A DNA stretch of 64,000 nt from Coriobacteriia bacterium (GCA_014859305.1 JACUUM010000002.1:9077-73076); one strand, 5' to 3'; positions 19,433-28,859 are shown, numbered from the stretch's first letter. Numbers and translations: made by a program. Notes: generated from the letters alone by a model not told the origin.

Positions 19433-20169
19433 ATCCCTACCGCCTCGCGGAACGCGCGGGCCTGGCGCCGTGCGACCGGGATGTGCGTCTCGTCCCGGTC
19501 GCCGGCGACCACGACGTAGCCGCCGTCCAGCCGAAGTATCTCCTTGATCCGGTTGAGGTTGATCATGTAGCTGCGGTGCAGCCTGTTGAAGGCGTCCTTG
19601 GACAGCTTGCGCTCCAGGTCGGTGAGGGTGAGGTCCACGAGGTACTGGTTCTCGTAGGTGTGCACGTACGTGGACTTGTTGCGGGCCGAGACGAAGACGA
19701 TGTCGTCGATGTTGAGCAGGACGGTCCGGCCGCCCTTGCGCACCGCCAGCTTGCGGAACTCCCCCTCGCCGCCCGCCCCCTGCTGGGCGGACTGACGCCC
19801 CGAGCGCGCGAGGCTCTGAACCCGCGCGGAGAGCTCGAGGATGCTGAAGGGCTTGGTCACGTACTGCTGGACGCCCTGCTTGAAAGCCAGGATCTTCGCG
19901 AGGTCCTGCGTCTTGGCGGTGAGCATGATGACGGGGATGTCAGCGGTCATGGGGTCGTTGCGGATCTCCATCAGCGTCATCCAGCCGTCGACCCGGGGCA
20001 TCATGATGTCCAGGACGACGACATCGACCGGTTCCCGGCCCAGCACGTCCAGGGCCTCGGCGCCGTCGCCCGCGCCGAGCACGCGCATGCCGTCGGCCTC
20101 CAGTCCCATCCGGATCATCTCGACGACCGAAGCGTCGTCGTCGACGACGAGGACGTTGACTCCCTCCAT
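19429..20169 (-). CDS. LytTR-family response regulator (receiver + LytTR DNA-binding domain), no cognate kinase nearby
   Basis: Start ATG 20169 (MEGVNVLVVDDD) follows GGAGG. The receiver has VVVLDIMMP and KPF. The LytTR domain is IDDIVFVSARNKSTYVHT...FNRLHRSYMINLNRI. Confidence 0.9.
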   Translation of the reverse strand: MEGVNVLVVDDDASVVEMIRMGLEADGMRVLGAGDGAEALDVLGREPVDVVVLDIMMPRVDGWMTLMEIRNDPMTADIPVIMLTAKTQDLAKILAFKQGVQQYVTKPFSILELSARVQSLARSGRQSAQQGAGGEGEFRKLAVRKGGRTVLLNIDDIVFVSARNKSTYVHTYENQYLVDLTLTDLERKLSKDAFNRLHRSYMINLNRIKEILRLDGGYVVVAGDRDETHIPVARRQARAFREAVGI

Positions 20170-20329
20170 GGGTGCCTCCGACTGAAAAGGGCCCGGCGTG
20201 GGCACGCTCGAGCCGACTCCGCACGTCGCCCCTGGAGGGAGTATACAGTACGGACGGGCCCCCACGGTGGCGAGCGGGGAGCCTCGGACGAGGCCGGTCG
20301 CCGACCGAACCGGACGCGCCGGCTCCCGG

Positions 20330-21772
20330 TCAGGCTCCCGTCAGCCAGCCGTCCATCGCCCGCGCCGCGCGCACCCCCGCGCCCATCGCGAGTATCACCG
20401 TCGCCGACCCGGTCACGCAGTCGCCGCCGGCGTAGACGCCGGGGATGGAGGTCGCGCCGTCCTCGTCCGTCTCGACGTATCCCCGGCCGGTCAGCCCCAG
20501 GTCCGGAGCGGTCGCCGACAGCAGCGGGTTCGCGCGAGTACCCACGGCCACGACCACCGTGTCGCAGTCGACGGTGAACTCACTGCCCATGATGCACACC
20601 GGCGCGCGACGGCCGCTCTCGTCGGGCTCGCCGAGCTCCATGCGCTGCGCGACGAGCCCCGTGACCCACCCGTCCTGCCCGAGGACCTCCACCGGCGAGC
20701 ACAGCATCTCGAAGCGGACGCCCTCCTCGCGGGCGTGGTGGACCTCCTCGCGCCGGGCGGGCATCTCGTCCTCGGTCCGGCGATACACGAGGAAGACGTC
20801 CTCGGCGCCGAGACGCAACGCCGTGCGCGCCGAGTCCATCGCGACGTTGCCGCCGCCGATCACGGCCACCTTCCGCCCCCGCCACACCGGGGTGTCCGCG
20901 CGCGGGAACTCGTAGGCGCGCATGAGGTTGACGCGGGTGAGGAACTCGTTCGCCGAATACACGCCGTTGAAGTTCTCGCCGGGGATCCCGAGGAAGACCG
21001 GCAGCCCCGCCCCGTTCCCGAGGAAGACCGCGTCGTAGCCGAGCTCCTCGCGCAGCTCGCCCAGCGTGTGGGTGGCGCCGATGACGGCGTCGGTGACGAT
21101 CTCGACGCCGAAGCCGCGCAAGGCGTCGATCTCCTCGGCGACGATGGACTTGGGCAGGCGGAACTCCGGTATCCCGTACACGAGCACGCCGCCGGGCTCG
21201 TGCAGGCTCTCGAAGATCGTGACGGCGTGCCCCAGGCGCGCGAGCTCGCCCGCGCACGCCAGTCCCGCGGGGCCGGACCCCACCACGGCGACGCGCTTCC
21301 CGGTGGGCTCGCCGGGCACGGCGACGCAGCGGTGCCGGGCATCGCAGGCGAGGTCGAAGTCGCCGAGGAATCGCTCCAGGCGCCCGATGGCGACCGGCTC
21401 GCCCTTCTTCGCGAGCACGCACGCCACCTCGCACTGATCCTCCTGCGGACAGACGCGGCCGCACACCGCGGGAAGGGGGTTGCGCTCCTTGAGCAACGAC
21501 ACCCCGTCGGCCCAGTCGCCGCGCTGCACGGCGGCGATGAACGCCTTGATGTCGATGTTGACCGGACAGCCCTCGATGCAGGTGGGGTTGCGGCACTGCA
21601 GGCAGCGCTCGGCCTCCTCGCGGGCCTGCTCCTCGGAGTAGCCCAGGCCGACCTCCGAGAAGTCGCCGGCGCGCTCGCGCGCGTCGCGCTCGGGCATCGG
21701 GGTGCGCGCGGCCCGCGACGGCTTCCGGCGCTCGCCCTCGGGCTTGCGCGCGCCGCCTCCGGTCCCGCTCAC
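20330..21772 (-). CDS. nfnB: NADPH-dependent glutamate synthase beta-chain-like oxidoreductase (NfnB-type large subunit)
   Basis: CLQCRNPTCIEGCPVNIDI, VAVVGSGPAGLACA and VAVIGGGNVAMD are present. The GTG 21772 start overlaps the nfnA stop (GTGA); ATG 21697 is an alternative. The track ORF is over-extended. Confidence 0.85.
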   Translation of the reverse strand: MSGTGGGARKPEGERRKPSRAARTPMPERDARERAGDFSEVGLGYSEEQAREEAERCLQCRNPTCIEGCPVNIDIKAFIAAVQRGDWADGVSLLKERNPLPAVCGRVCPQEDQCEVACVLAKKGEPVAIGRLERFLGDFDLACDARHRCVAVPGEPTGKRVAVVGSGPAGLACAGELARLGHAVTIFESLHEPGGVLVYGIPEFRLPKSIVAEEIDALRGFGVEIVTDAVIGATHTLGELREELGYDAVFLGNGAGLPVFLGIPGENFNGVYSANEFLTRVNLMRAYEFPRADTPVWRGRKVAVIGGGNVAMDSARTALRLGAEDVFLVYRRTEDEMPARREEVHHAREEGVRFEMLCSPVEVLGQDGWVTGLVAQRMELGEPDESGRRAPVCIMGSEFTVDCDTVVVAVGTRANPLLSATAPDLGLTGRGYVETDEDGATSIPGVYAGGDCVTGSATVILAMGAGVRAARAMDGWLTGA

Positions 21773-22611
21773 TCCTTCGGCCGGCACGTGCACTCCTCCT
21801 CGTACGCGGCCGCGGAGACGCGCTCCTCCTCGGCGTAGATGCGCTGGCGGCTCATCAGCTCGGCGAAATCCACCGCGTGCCCGTCGAAGTCCGGCCCGTC
21901 CACGCATCCGAACCGCGTCTTCCCGCCCACGGTCACGCGGCAGGAGCCGCACATGCCGGTGCCGTCGACCATGATCGGGTTGAGGGAGACCGTCGTCGGC
22001 ACGCCGAACTCGGCGGTCGTGTCGGCGCAGAAGCGCATCATGATCGCCGGCCCCACGGCGAACGCGTGGTCGATCGCGCCCGCCTCGCACAGCTCCTTCA
22101 GCGGCGCGGTGACGAGCGCCTTGCGCCCGGCCGACCCGTCGTCGGTCACCACCTCGAGCTTGACGCCCATCGCGCGGAACTCGTCCTCGAGCACGAGCAG
22201 GCCGGCGTTGCGCGCGCCGAGGATCGCCGTGACGTCGTCGCCCGCCTCGACCATCGCACGCGCCACCGGGTAGGCCACGGCCGCGCCCACGCCGCCGCCG
22301 ACGACCGCCACCCGCCCGAGACCGCCGGCGTGCGTGGGGTTGCCGAGCGGGCCCACGAGGTCGGCCAGGCTGTCACCGGGGGCCATGTGCGACAGCGCGT
22401 GGGTCGTCTTGCCGACCCGCATGAAGATGAACCGGACCCAGCCCTCCTCGGCCGACCAGTCCGAGAACGTCAGCGGGATGCGCTCGCCGCCGGCACCCAC
22501 ACGCAGCATGAGGAACTGCCCGGCACGGACCTTGCGTGCTATCGTCGGCGCCTCGACACCCATCTCGAAGACTGCGTCCGAGAGCTGCCTCGTGTGCAGG
22601 ATGCGGAACAT
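21769..22611 (-). CDS. nfnA: Sulfide/dihydroorotate dehydrogenase-like FAD/NAD-binding protein (NfnA-type small subunit)
   Basis: 280 aa. MFRILHTRQLSDAVFEMGVEAP...GQFLMLRV...VVGGGVGAAVAYPVARA, with a C-terminal Cys cluster GMCGSCRV. Confidence 0.85.
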   Translation of the reverse strand: MFRILHTRQLSDAVFEMGVEAPTIARKVRAGQFLMLRVGAGGERIPLTFSDWSAEEGWVRFIFMRVGKTTHALSHMAPGDSLADLVGPLGNPTHAGGLGRVAVVGGGVGAAVAYPVARAMVEAGDDVTAILGARNAGLLVLEDEFRAMGVKLEVVTDDGSAGRKALVTAPLKELCEAGAIDHAFAVGPAIMMRFCADTTAEFGVPTTVSLNPIMVDGTGMCGSCRVTVGGKTRFGCVDGPDFDGHAVDFAELMSRQRIYAEEERVSAAAYEEECTCRPKE

Positions 22612-22684
22612 GGGCTCCCTGGTCTACGGTGTCCGCTAAGTATACTAGCCGCGTGGAACCCGGCAACGTCGATTTGGAGGCCTC

Positions 22685-23773
22685 GTGCCGCTCCCCCGCC
22701 GACACACCTCCCGCGCGGCGCTGCTCTCGCTGGCGGCGCTGCTCGCGGCCTCCCTCGCCGTTCCCGCCTGCTCCCGGCGCGAGGGCCCCGTGCGAGAGAG
22801 CCGGGACGCGCTGGGGACCGTCGTCACCGTCACCGCCTACGCCGAGGACGACGGGGCGGCGCGCGAGGCCGTCGACGCCGCGTACGCCGGGATGGCCGAG
22901 GTGGAGAGCGCTCTCGACGCGCATGACGAGTCCTCGGCGGTCGCCGCCTTCAATCGCGACCCGTACCGCCCCCAGCCGCTGCCGGCCGAGGCCGTCGAGG
23001 TCCTGCGCATCGTGGACTCGCTCGACGTCGGCGAGTGGTTCTCGCCGGCGATGATCGGGGTCGTGCGCCTCTACGGCTTCGAGGAGGGCGGGCGCGTGCC
23101 CGAGGAACGCGAGCTCTCCGAACAGGTCGCACTCGCGGCGTCGTTCGGACCGGCGGGCCCGTCGGCGGCCGAGCCACCGCCTGGAGCCGCGAGCGACGAG
23201 GTGCGCTGGGCGTTCTCCTCCCGGCCCGCGACGGCACCGCCGTCCGACCCCCCGGGGCTCGACTTCGGCGGGGCCGCGAAGGGGGTCGCGCTCGACCGCG
23301 CGGCGAAGCGCCTGCGCGACGGCGGGGTCGCCGCCGCGCTGCTGAGCTCCGGCAGCAGCACCGTCGCGTACGGCGGCAAGCCCGACGGGGAGCCGTGGCG
23401 CGTAGGCCTCGAGGACCCGCGCGAACCCGAGACGGTCGTCGCGACGGTGCACGCCGACGGTGGGCTCGTCCTCTCGACCTCCGGCGACTACCAGCGGTAC
23501 TTCGAGCGTGGGGACGCACGCTACCACCACATCCTCGACCCCTCCACGGGCCGTCCGGCGCGCGGCCTGCAGTCGCTGACCGTCCTCGGCGGGGAGCTCA
23601 CGGCGCTGGAATCGGACATCCTCTCTACCGCGCTGTTCGTGGCAGGGGGCGAGCGCGCGGAGGCTTACGCACGCGAGCGCGGGTTGGGGCTCGTGACCGT
23701 GGACGACGAGGGCCTCGTGCACGTCGTGCAGCCCGCGGGCGAGGGCGTGCGCGTGCAGCGAGCGGCGCCCTGA
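22685..23773 (+). CDS. apbE: FAD:protein FMN transferase (ApbE family), probably exported
   Basis: 362 aa, GTG start after GGAGG. ALGTVVTVTAY...GGAAKGVALDRAA...STSGDYQRYFE...HHILDPSTGRP are ApbE motifs. N-terminal signal with Cys (LAVPAC). Confidence 0.88.
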   Translation: MPLPRRHTSRAALLSLAALLAASLAVPACSRREGPVRESRDALGTVVTVTAYAEDDGAAREAVDAAYAGMAEVESALDAHDESSAVAAFNRDPYRPQPLPAEAVEVLRIVDSLDVGEWFSPAMIGVVRLYGFEEGGRVPEERELSEQVALAASFGPAGPSAAEPPPGAASDEVRWAFSSRPATAPPSDPPGLDFGGAAKGVALDRAAKRLRDGGVAAALLSSGSSTVAYGGKPDGEPWRVGLEDPREPETVVATVHADGGLVLSTSGDYQRYFERGDARYHHILDPSTGRPARGLQSLTVLGGELTALESDILSTALFVAGGERAEAYARERGLGLVTVDDEGLVHVVQPAGEGVRVQRAAP

Positions 23774-23806
23774 TCCTCACGCATACGTCACGACCAGCCG
23801 ATATCC

Positions 23807-23835
23807 TCGACGAGAGCTGGACCTCCTGGTAGAAT
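23807..23835 (+). promoter_or_regulatory. Candidate promoter TCGACG-17-TAGAAT with TG extension
   Basis: cTGgTAGAAT at 23827-23835 and the -35-like TCGACG at 23807-23812, about 70 nt upstream of ATG 23904. Confidence 0.45.
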
Positions 23836-23903
23836 CTCGGTGGTTGTGCGCCTTCCGGCGGCCCGCAGACGCGTTTCGGCAGCCACCCCGGAGGAGTCGA
23901 AGC

Positions 23904-25130
23904 ATGAGACGTAGAAGCGCCATACTCCCCCTCCTTCTCGCCGCGTCGCTGTTGCTGCCCTCCGCTCCCCCGGCCGCCGCCGTCTCCTCTTCGGATGCCG
24001 AAGCGCACCGCCGCAAGGCGGCCGACGCGCGCAAGGCCGCCGCCGAGGCCGAGGCGCGCGCCTCGGAGCTGCTGAAGGAGACCCGCGCGCTCGACGAGCG
24101 GATCGACGCGCTCGCCGGCCAGCTCGCCGACCTCGCACCCAAGATAGACGAGGCATCCGGCCGCACCGCCCGGCTGCAGGCCGAGGTCGGCAAGCTCCGC
24201 AGCCGGATCCAGGACAAGGAACGCGAGATCACGCGCACCCAGGCCGAGCTCGAGCGGCAGCAGAAGCTGCTGGCCGCCAGGATGACCTCCTCGTACAAGC
24301 AAGGCGGCTCGTTCTTCATCGACCTGCTGCTCGAAGCACGCGACATCAGGGACCTCATCGCGCGCACCGCGCTGGTGCAGCGCGTCATCTCGGACAACGA
24401 GCGCATCGCGGCGGACCTGGCCGACACGCGCACCACTCTGGAGGCGCAGCGCGAGGCGCTCGACCGGGACCTGGAGACGGTCTCGACGAAGCGCACCGAG
24501 GCGGCGACGGTCGAGAAGCAACTCAAGGACCTGCGCGCTCAACGCCGGGGCGCGATGAACGAGCAGAAGCAGGTCCAGTCCGCCAAGCTCGAGCTCGTCA
24601 AGGAGAACAAGGCCAACGCCGAGCGGCTCCGCAAGATAGCCGCCGAGGAAGAGGCCGAGTCCGCTCGCATCGAGGCCGAGCTCCGCAAGCGCTCCTCGGC
24701 CGGCTCGGGCGTCTACAACGGGGTGATGGCCTGGCCGGTGCCGGGCTTCTACCGCGTCAGCTCGCCGTACGGGTACCGCATCCACCCGATCTTCGGCACG
24801 CGGAAGCTGCATACCGGCATCGACGTCGGACGCGACGGAGGCCGCTCCATAGACGGGGCGGCGATCGTGGCCTCCGGTGACGGCGAGGTCATCTACGCGG
24901 GATACCGCGGCGGGTACGGCAACACGGTCATGGTCGACCACGGCAACGGCGTCGTCACGCTCTACGCGCACCAGCGTTCGGGGGGCATCAGGGTCGGCGT
25001 CGGGCAGCGGGTGAGCAAGGGCGACACGATCGGCACCGTGGGCTCGACGGGGTACTCGACGGGCCCGCACCTCCACTTCGAGGTGCGCGTCAACGGCGCG
25101 CCGGTCGACCCGATGCCCTACCTGCGCTAG
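23904..25130 (+). CDS. Coiled-coil M23 family murein endopeptidase (EnvC/PcsB-like architecture)
   Basis: ATG 23904 follows GGAGGAG. It has a signal peptide, a long coiled coil, and C-terminal HTGIDVG...GPHLHFEVR M23 motifs. Confidence 0.9.
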   Translation: MRRRSAILPLLLAASLLLPSAPPAAAVSSSDAEAHRRKAADARKAAAEAEARASELLKETRALDERIDALAGQLADLAPKIDEASGRTARLQAEVGKLRSRIQDKEREITRTQAELERQQKLLAARMTSSYKQGGSFFIDLLLEARDIRDLIARTALVQRVISDNERIAADLADTRTTLEAQREALDRDLETVSTKRTEAATVEKQLKDLRAQRRGAMNEQKQVQSAKLELVKENKANAERLRKIAAEEEAESARIEAELRKRSSAGSGVYNGVMAWPVPGFYRVSSPYGYRIHPIFGTRKLHTGIDVGRDGGRSIDGAAIVASGDGEVIYAGYRGGYGNTVMVDHGNGVVTLYAHQRSGGIRVGVGQRVSKGDTIGTVGSTGYSTGPHLHFEVRVNGAPVDPMPYLR

Positions 25131-25164
25131 GCCGCACGCGCGGCGCGAGCGCCGCAGGCCGCGG

Positions 25165-25731
25165 TCAGTCCGCGTTGTACTCCCGCATCGCGCTGTCGAC
25201 GCCGTGCTCCAGCACGTGCATGACCGCCTGCGCGGCGGTCGGGATCGAGGCCATGAGGCGCTCGAGCGTCTCGCCGCGCAACGGCTCCAGGACGTAGTCC
25301 GCGGGGTCCATCCGCCCCGGCGGCCGCCCGATCCCCACGCGCACGCGCACGTGCTCGCCGCTGCCGAGATGCTCGGCGAGCGAGCGCAGGCCGTTGTGCC
25401 CGCCGTGCCCGCCTCCGCGCTTGACCCGGACCGCGCCTTCGGGCAAGTCGATGTCGTCGTGGACGACGACCGTCTCGCCGACGTCCGCGTCGTAGGCCTC
25501 GAGCACGCGCTTCACGCTCTTGCCGGAGAGGTTCATGTAGGTCTGCGGCTCGGCGAGCACGAGGTCCTCGTCGCCCAGACGCACGACAGCCACTCGGGCG
25601 CCGGCCTGGTCCTTCCAGTAGCCGGCGCGCAGGTTCTCGCCCAGCAGCTCCACGACGAGGAAGCCGGCGTTGTGCCGCGTCCGCTCGTATTCGGGCCCGG
25701 GGTTCCCGAGGCCCACGACGACTCTCGGCAT
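25165..25731 (-). CDS. pth: Peptidyl-tRNA hydrolase
   Basis: MPRVVVGLGNPGPEYERTRHNAGFLVV... is the canonical Pth N-terminus. 188 aa. Confidence 0.95.
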   Translation of the reverse strand: MPRVVVGLGNPGPEYERTRHNAGFLVVELLGENLRAGYWKDQAGARVAVVRLGDEDLVLAEPQTYMNLSGKSVKRVLEAYDADVGETVVVHDDIDLPEGAVRVKRGGGHGGHNGLRSLAEHLGSGEHVRVRVGIGRPPGRMDPADYVLEPLRGETLERLMASIPTAAQAVMHVLEHGVDSAMREYNAD

Positions 25732-25737
25732 GGCCCG

Positions 25738-26373
25738 CTACGCCTCTTCCGGCGCCGTCTCCTCGCCGACGACCGCGGGCTCGACCTCCTCGACGACCTC
25801 CTCGGGCGTGGGCTCCACGGTCGGAGCGGTGACGGAGCACACGATCGTCTCCGGGTCGTCCAGCACGGTCACGCCCTCGGGGACCTGCAGCTGCCCGACG
25901 TGCAGGCTCTCGCCCACCGCCAGCGGCGTGACGTCGACCTCGATGGACTCGGGCAGGTCGCCCGGGAGCGCCTCCACTGTCACCTCACGGAGGTTGTGCA
26001 TGATCACGCCGCCCGCCTTCTCGCCGGCGGACTCGCCGGCGAAGTGCAAGGTCACGGTGGTGTGGATGGCCTTGTCCATCTTCACGGCGAGGAAGTCGAT
26101 GTGCTCGATGCGGCCCTTGACCGTGTTGGTCTGCAGCCCCTTGATGACCGCGTTGACGGGCTTCTTCTCGCCCTCTATGACCAGGTCCAGCAGCGCCGAG
26201 GCCGCGTTGTGCGCTATGAGCACCTCGAAGTCGTGGCGGTCGACGGAGATGGGCAGGGGCGTGCGCCCGGCACCGTAGAGCACGGCCGGGATCAAGCCCG
26301 CTTGTGCCAGTCGCCTGTTCGCCTTCCCGATGATGTCGCGCGGCTTCGCCGTGATCGTGGTCGTCTGGGCCAT
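25738..26373 (-). CDS. rplY: 50S ribosomal protein L25 / general stress protein Ctc
   Basis: Start ATG 26373 (MAQTTTITAKPRD...GKANRRLAQAGLIPAVLYG). Acidic C-terminal tail. 211 aa. Confidence 0.92.
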   Translation of the reverse strand: MAQTTTITAKPRDIIGKANRRLAQAGLIPAVLYGAGRTPLPISVDRHDFEVLIAHNAASALLDLVIEGEKKPVNAVIKGLQTNTVKGRIEHIDFLAVKMDKAIHTTVTLHFAGESAGEKAGGVIMHNLREVTVEALPGDLPESIEVDVTPLAVGESLHVGQLQVPEGVTVLDDPETIVCSVTAPTVEPTPEEVVEEVEPAVVGEETAPEEA

Positions 26374-26437
26374 GGTTGTGCGCTCTCTCCCTTCGAGCGG
26401 GACTGACTGCGTCCCCGTTCCGGTACTCTCGCTCGTC

Positions 26438-27400
26438 TCAGAGCTGGAAGTCCGGGTCGAACAGCTCGGACACGGACTCGTTGTTGAACACGTTCTCGAT
26501 GGCATGCGCGAACAGCGGCGCCACCGACAGCACCCGAATGCGCCCGTGCCGGCGCTCCTCGGGGACCGGCACGGTGTTGGTCACGACCACCTCGGTGATC
26601 GGCGAGGACTCGATCCTCTCGTAGGCCGGAGCGGAGAAGATGCCGTGCGTCGCCGCCGCGTAGATGTCGCCGGCACCGTTGGTCTTGAGCGCCTTGGCGC
26701 CCTCGGTCACGGAGCCGGCCGTGTCGATCATGTCGTCGATCATGATGCATGTCTTGCCCTCGACCTCGCCGATGACGTGCGTGATCTCGGCGACGTTGTG
26801 CTGCGGCCGACTCTTGTGCAGTATCGCCAGCCCCGCTCCGATCATGTCCGCGAACTTCTTGGCGACCTTCACGCGGCCCACGTCGGGCGAGACGATCACG
26901 CGGTCCTCGAGATTGAGGCTGTCGAAGTAGTCGGCCAGGATCGGCAGCGCGGTGAGATGGTTGACCGGCTGGTCGAAGAAGCCCTGTATCTGGCCCTGGT
27001 GCAGGTCCATCGCGATCACCTTGTGGACGCCGGCGACCGTCAGGAGGTCGGCGACCAGCTTCGCCGTGATCGGCTCCCTCGCGGCGGACTTCTTGTCCTG
27101 CCTCGCGTAGCCGTAGTGGCTGATGACCGCGGTGATGGAACGCGCGGACGCGCGCTTGGCCGCGTCGATCGTGATCAGCAGCTCCATGAGCATGTGGTTG
27201 ACGGGGCAGCACACCGACTGCACGAAGAACACGTCGGCCCCCCTCAGGGACTCCAGGAAGCGCACGTAGATCTCGCCGTCGGCGAAGGTGCGGATCTTGA
27301 CGTTGCCCAGCTCGATGCCGAGGTGCTCGGCGATGCCGTCGGCCAGCTCCTGATTGCTGGTCCCCGCGAAGACCATCATGCGCCGATCGCTCTCGGTCAT
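26438..27400 (-). CDS. prs: Ribose-phosphate pyrophosphokinase
   Basis: 320 aa. FAGTSNQELADGIAEHLGI...FADGEIYVRF...DDMIDTAGS are Prs motifs. Confidence 0.95.
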   Translation of the reverse strand: MTESDRRMMVFAGTSNQELADGIAEHLGIELGNVKIRTFADGEIYVRFLESLRGADVFFVQSVCCPVNHMLMELLITIDAAKRASARSITAVISHYGYARQDKKSAAREPITAKLVADLLTVAGVHKVIAMDLHQGQIQGFFDQPVNHLTALPILADYFDSLNLEDRVIVSPDVGRVKVAKKFADMIGAGLAILHKSRPQHNVAEITHVIGEVEGKTCIMIDDMIDTAGSVTEGAKALKTNGAGDIYAAATHGIFSAPAYERIESSPITEVVVTNTVPVPEERRHGRIRVLSVAPLFAHAIENVFNNESVSELFDPDFQL

Positions 27401-27403
27401 GCG

Positions 27404-28801
27404 CTACGAACGCTCCTTCTCGTCCCGGGACCGCTGCTCGGCCCGCCTGCGCTGCTCGGCCCAGCCTTCGACCGTGCGCTGCTCGCCGCGCTCCAGCGCG
27501 AGCGCGTCCGCCGGCACGTCGTGACTGATGGCGCTGCCCGCTCCGGTGACCGCTCCGGGACCTACCGTCACGGGGGCCACGAGCATCGTATCAGAGCCGA
27601 TGAAGGCCCCGTCGCCGATCTCGGTGCGGTGCTTGTGGAAGCCGTCGTAGTTGCACGTGATGCTCCCGGCGCCGACGTTGACCCGCTCGCCCAGCGTCGC
27701 GTCCCCGATGTAGGAGAGGTGCGGGACCTTGGAGCCGGCTCCGATCTCGGCGTTCTTGATCTCCACGTGCGTCCCGGCCTTGGCGCCCGGCCCCAGGCGC
27801 GTCCCCGGCCTCAGGTAGGCCGAAGGCCCCACCGTCGCGCCCCGGCCCACGTGCGCCGAGACGACCACCGAGGAGTCCACCACCGCGTCCTGCTCGACGA
27901 CCGAGTCGGTCACCCGGCTGTCCGGACCGATGCGCGCACCCTCGCCGACGCTCGTGGATCCGAGCAGGAGGGTCATCGGCTCCAGGACGACGTCGCCCTC
28001 CAGCGTCACGTCCGGCCCCACCCAGACGAGATCGGGAGCCGTCATCGTCACCCCGGCGAGCATGTGGGCGGTGTTGATGCGGCGCTGCAGCACGCCGGCG
28101 GCCTCCGCGAGCTGCACGCGCGTGTTGACGCCCATCGTCTCGGCCGGGTCCTCCGCACGCAGAGCCGTCACCCGCAGGCCCTCCGAGGAGAAGAGCGCGA
28201 TCATGTCGGTGAGGTAGTACTCGCCCTGCACGTTGTCGGTGCCCAGGCGATGCAGGCGCTCGAAGAGCACGCGTGCGTCGAAGCAGTACGTGGACGTGTT
28301 GACCTCGGCTATCCCCTCCTGCCCGGGTGAGAGGTCCTTCTGCTCGACGATCTCGCGAAGCGAGCCGTCCTCACCCCGCAGCACGCGGCCGTAGCCGGAT
28401 GGGTCCTCGAGGACGGCTGTGAGCACCGAGGCCGCGGCACCCGCGGTCTCCCGCGCCTCCACCAGGGCGCGGATGGTCTCGGGGCGGATGAGCGGGGTGT
28501 CCCCCGCGAGCACCACGAGCGAGCCTTCGAAACCGGCCAGCGCGTCGGCCGCGCACATGACGGCGTGACCCGTGCCGAGCTGGCGCTCCTGGCGCACGCA
28601 CGTCTCGCCGGCCAGCAGCGCCTCCACCTCCTCCGCCCGATGCCCCGTCACCACCACCACGCGCTCGCTCCCGGCATCACGCGCGGCGGAGACGACGAGG
28701 CGCGCCATGGGCACGCCGAGGATCGCGTGGGCGACCTTCGGGAGTCGGGACCGCATGCGAGTGCCCTCGCCGGCGGCAAGGATCAGCGCTGCTACGCTCA
28801 C
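27404..28801 (-). CDS. glmU: Bifunctional UDP-N-acetylglucosamine diphosphorylase / glucosamine-1-phosphate N-acetyltransferase
   Basis: LILAAGEGTRMRS is followed by C-terminal left-handed beta-helix hexapeptide repeats. GTG 28801 lies 6 nt after GGAAGG. The track start 28831 is possible. Confidence 0.9.
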   Translation of the reverse strand: MSVAALILAAGEGTRMRSRLPKVAHAILGVPMARLVVSAARDAGSERVVVVTGHRAEEVEALLAGETCVRQERQLGTGHAVMCAADALAGFEGSLVVLAGDTPLIRPETIRALVEARETAGAAASVLTAVLEDPSGYGRVLRGEDGSLREIVEQKDLSPGQEGIAEVNTSTYCFDARVLFERLHRLGTDNVQGEYYLTDMIALFSSEGLRVTALRAEDPAETMGVNTRVQLAEAAGVLQRRINTAHMLAGVTMTAPDLVWVGPDVTLEGDVVLEPMTLLLGSTSVGEGARIGPDSRVTDSVVEQDAVVDSSVVVSAHVGRGATVGPSAYLRPGTRLGPGAKAGTHVEIKNAEIGAGSKVPHLSYIGDATLGERVNVGAGSITCNYDGFHKHRTEIGDGAFIGSDTMLVAPVTVGPGAVTGAGSAISHDVPADALALERGEQRTVEGWAEQRRRAEQRSRDEKERS

Positions 28802-28859
28802 GAGCACCCTTCCGCCGGCACGGACTCGCACGACCCCCGTATCGATCGGTGGCTGGGGC

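Noticed and set aside
25139-25154. A GCGGCGC-ga-GCGCCGC inverted repeat between the convergent M23 and pth genes, as a terminator.
   Set aside because: The loop is only 2 nt and the element is pure GC with no U-tract. It is too weak to call.
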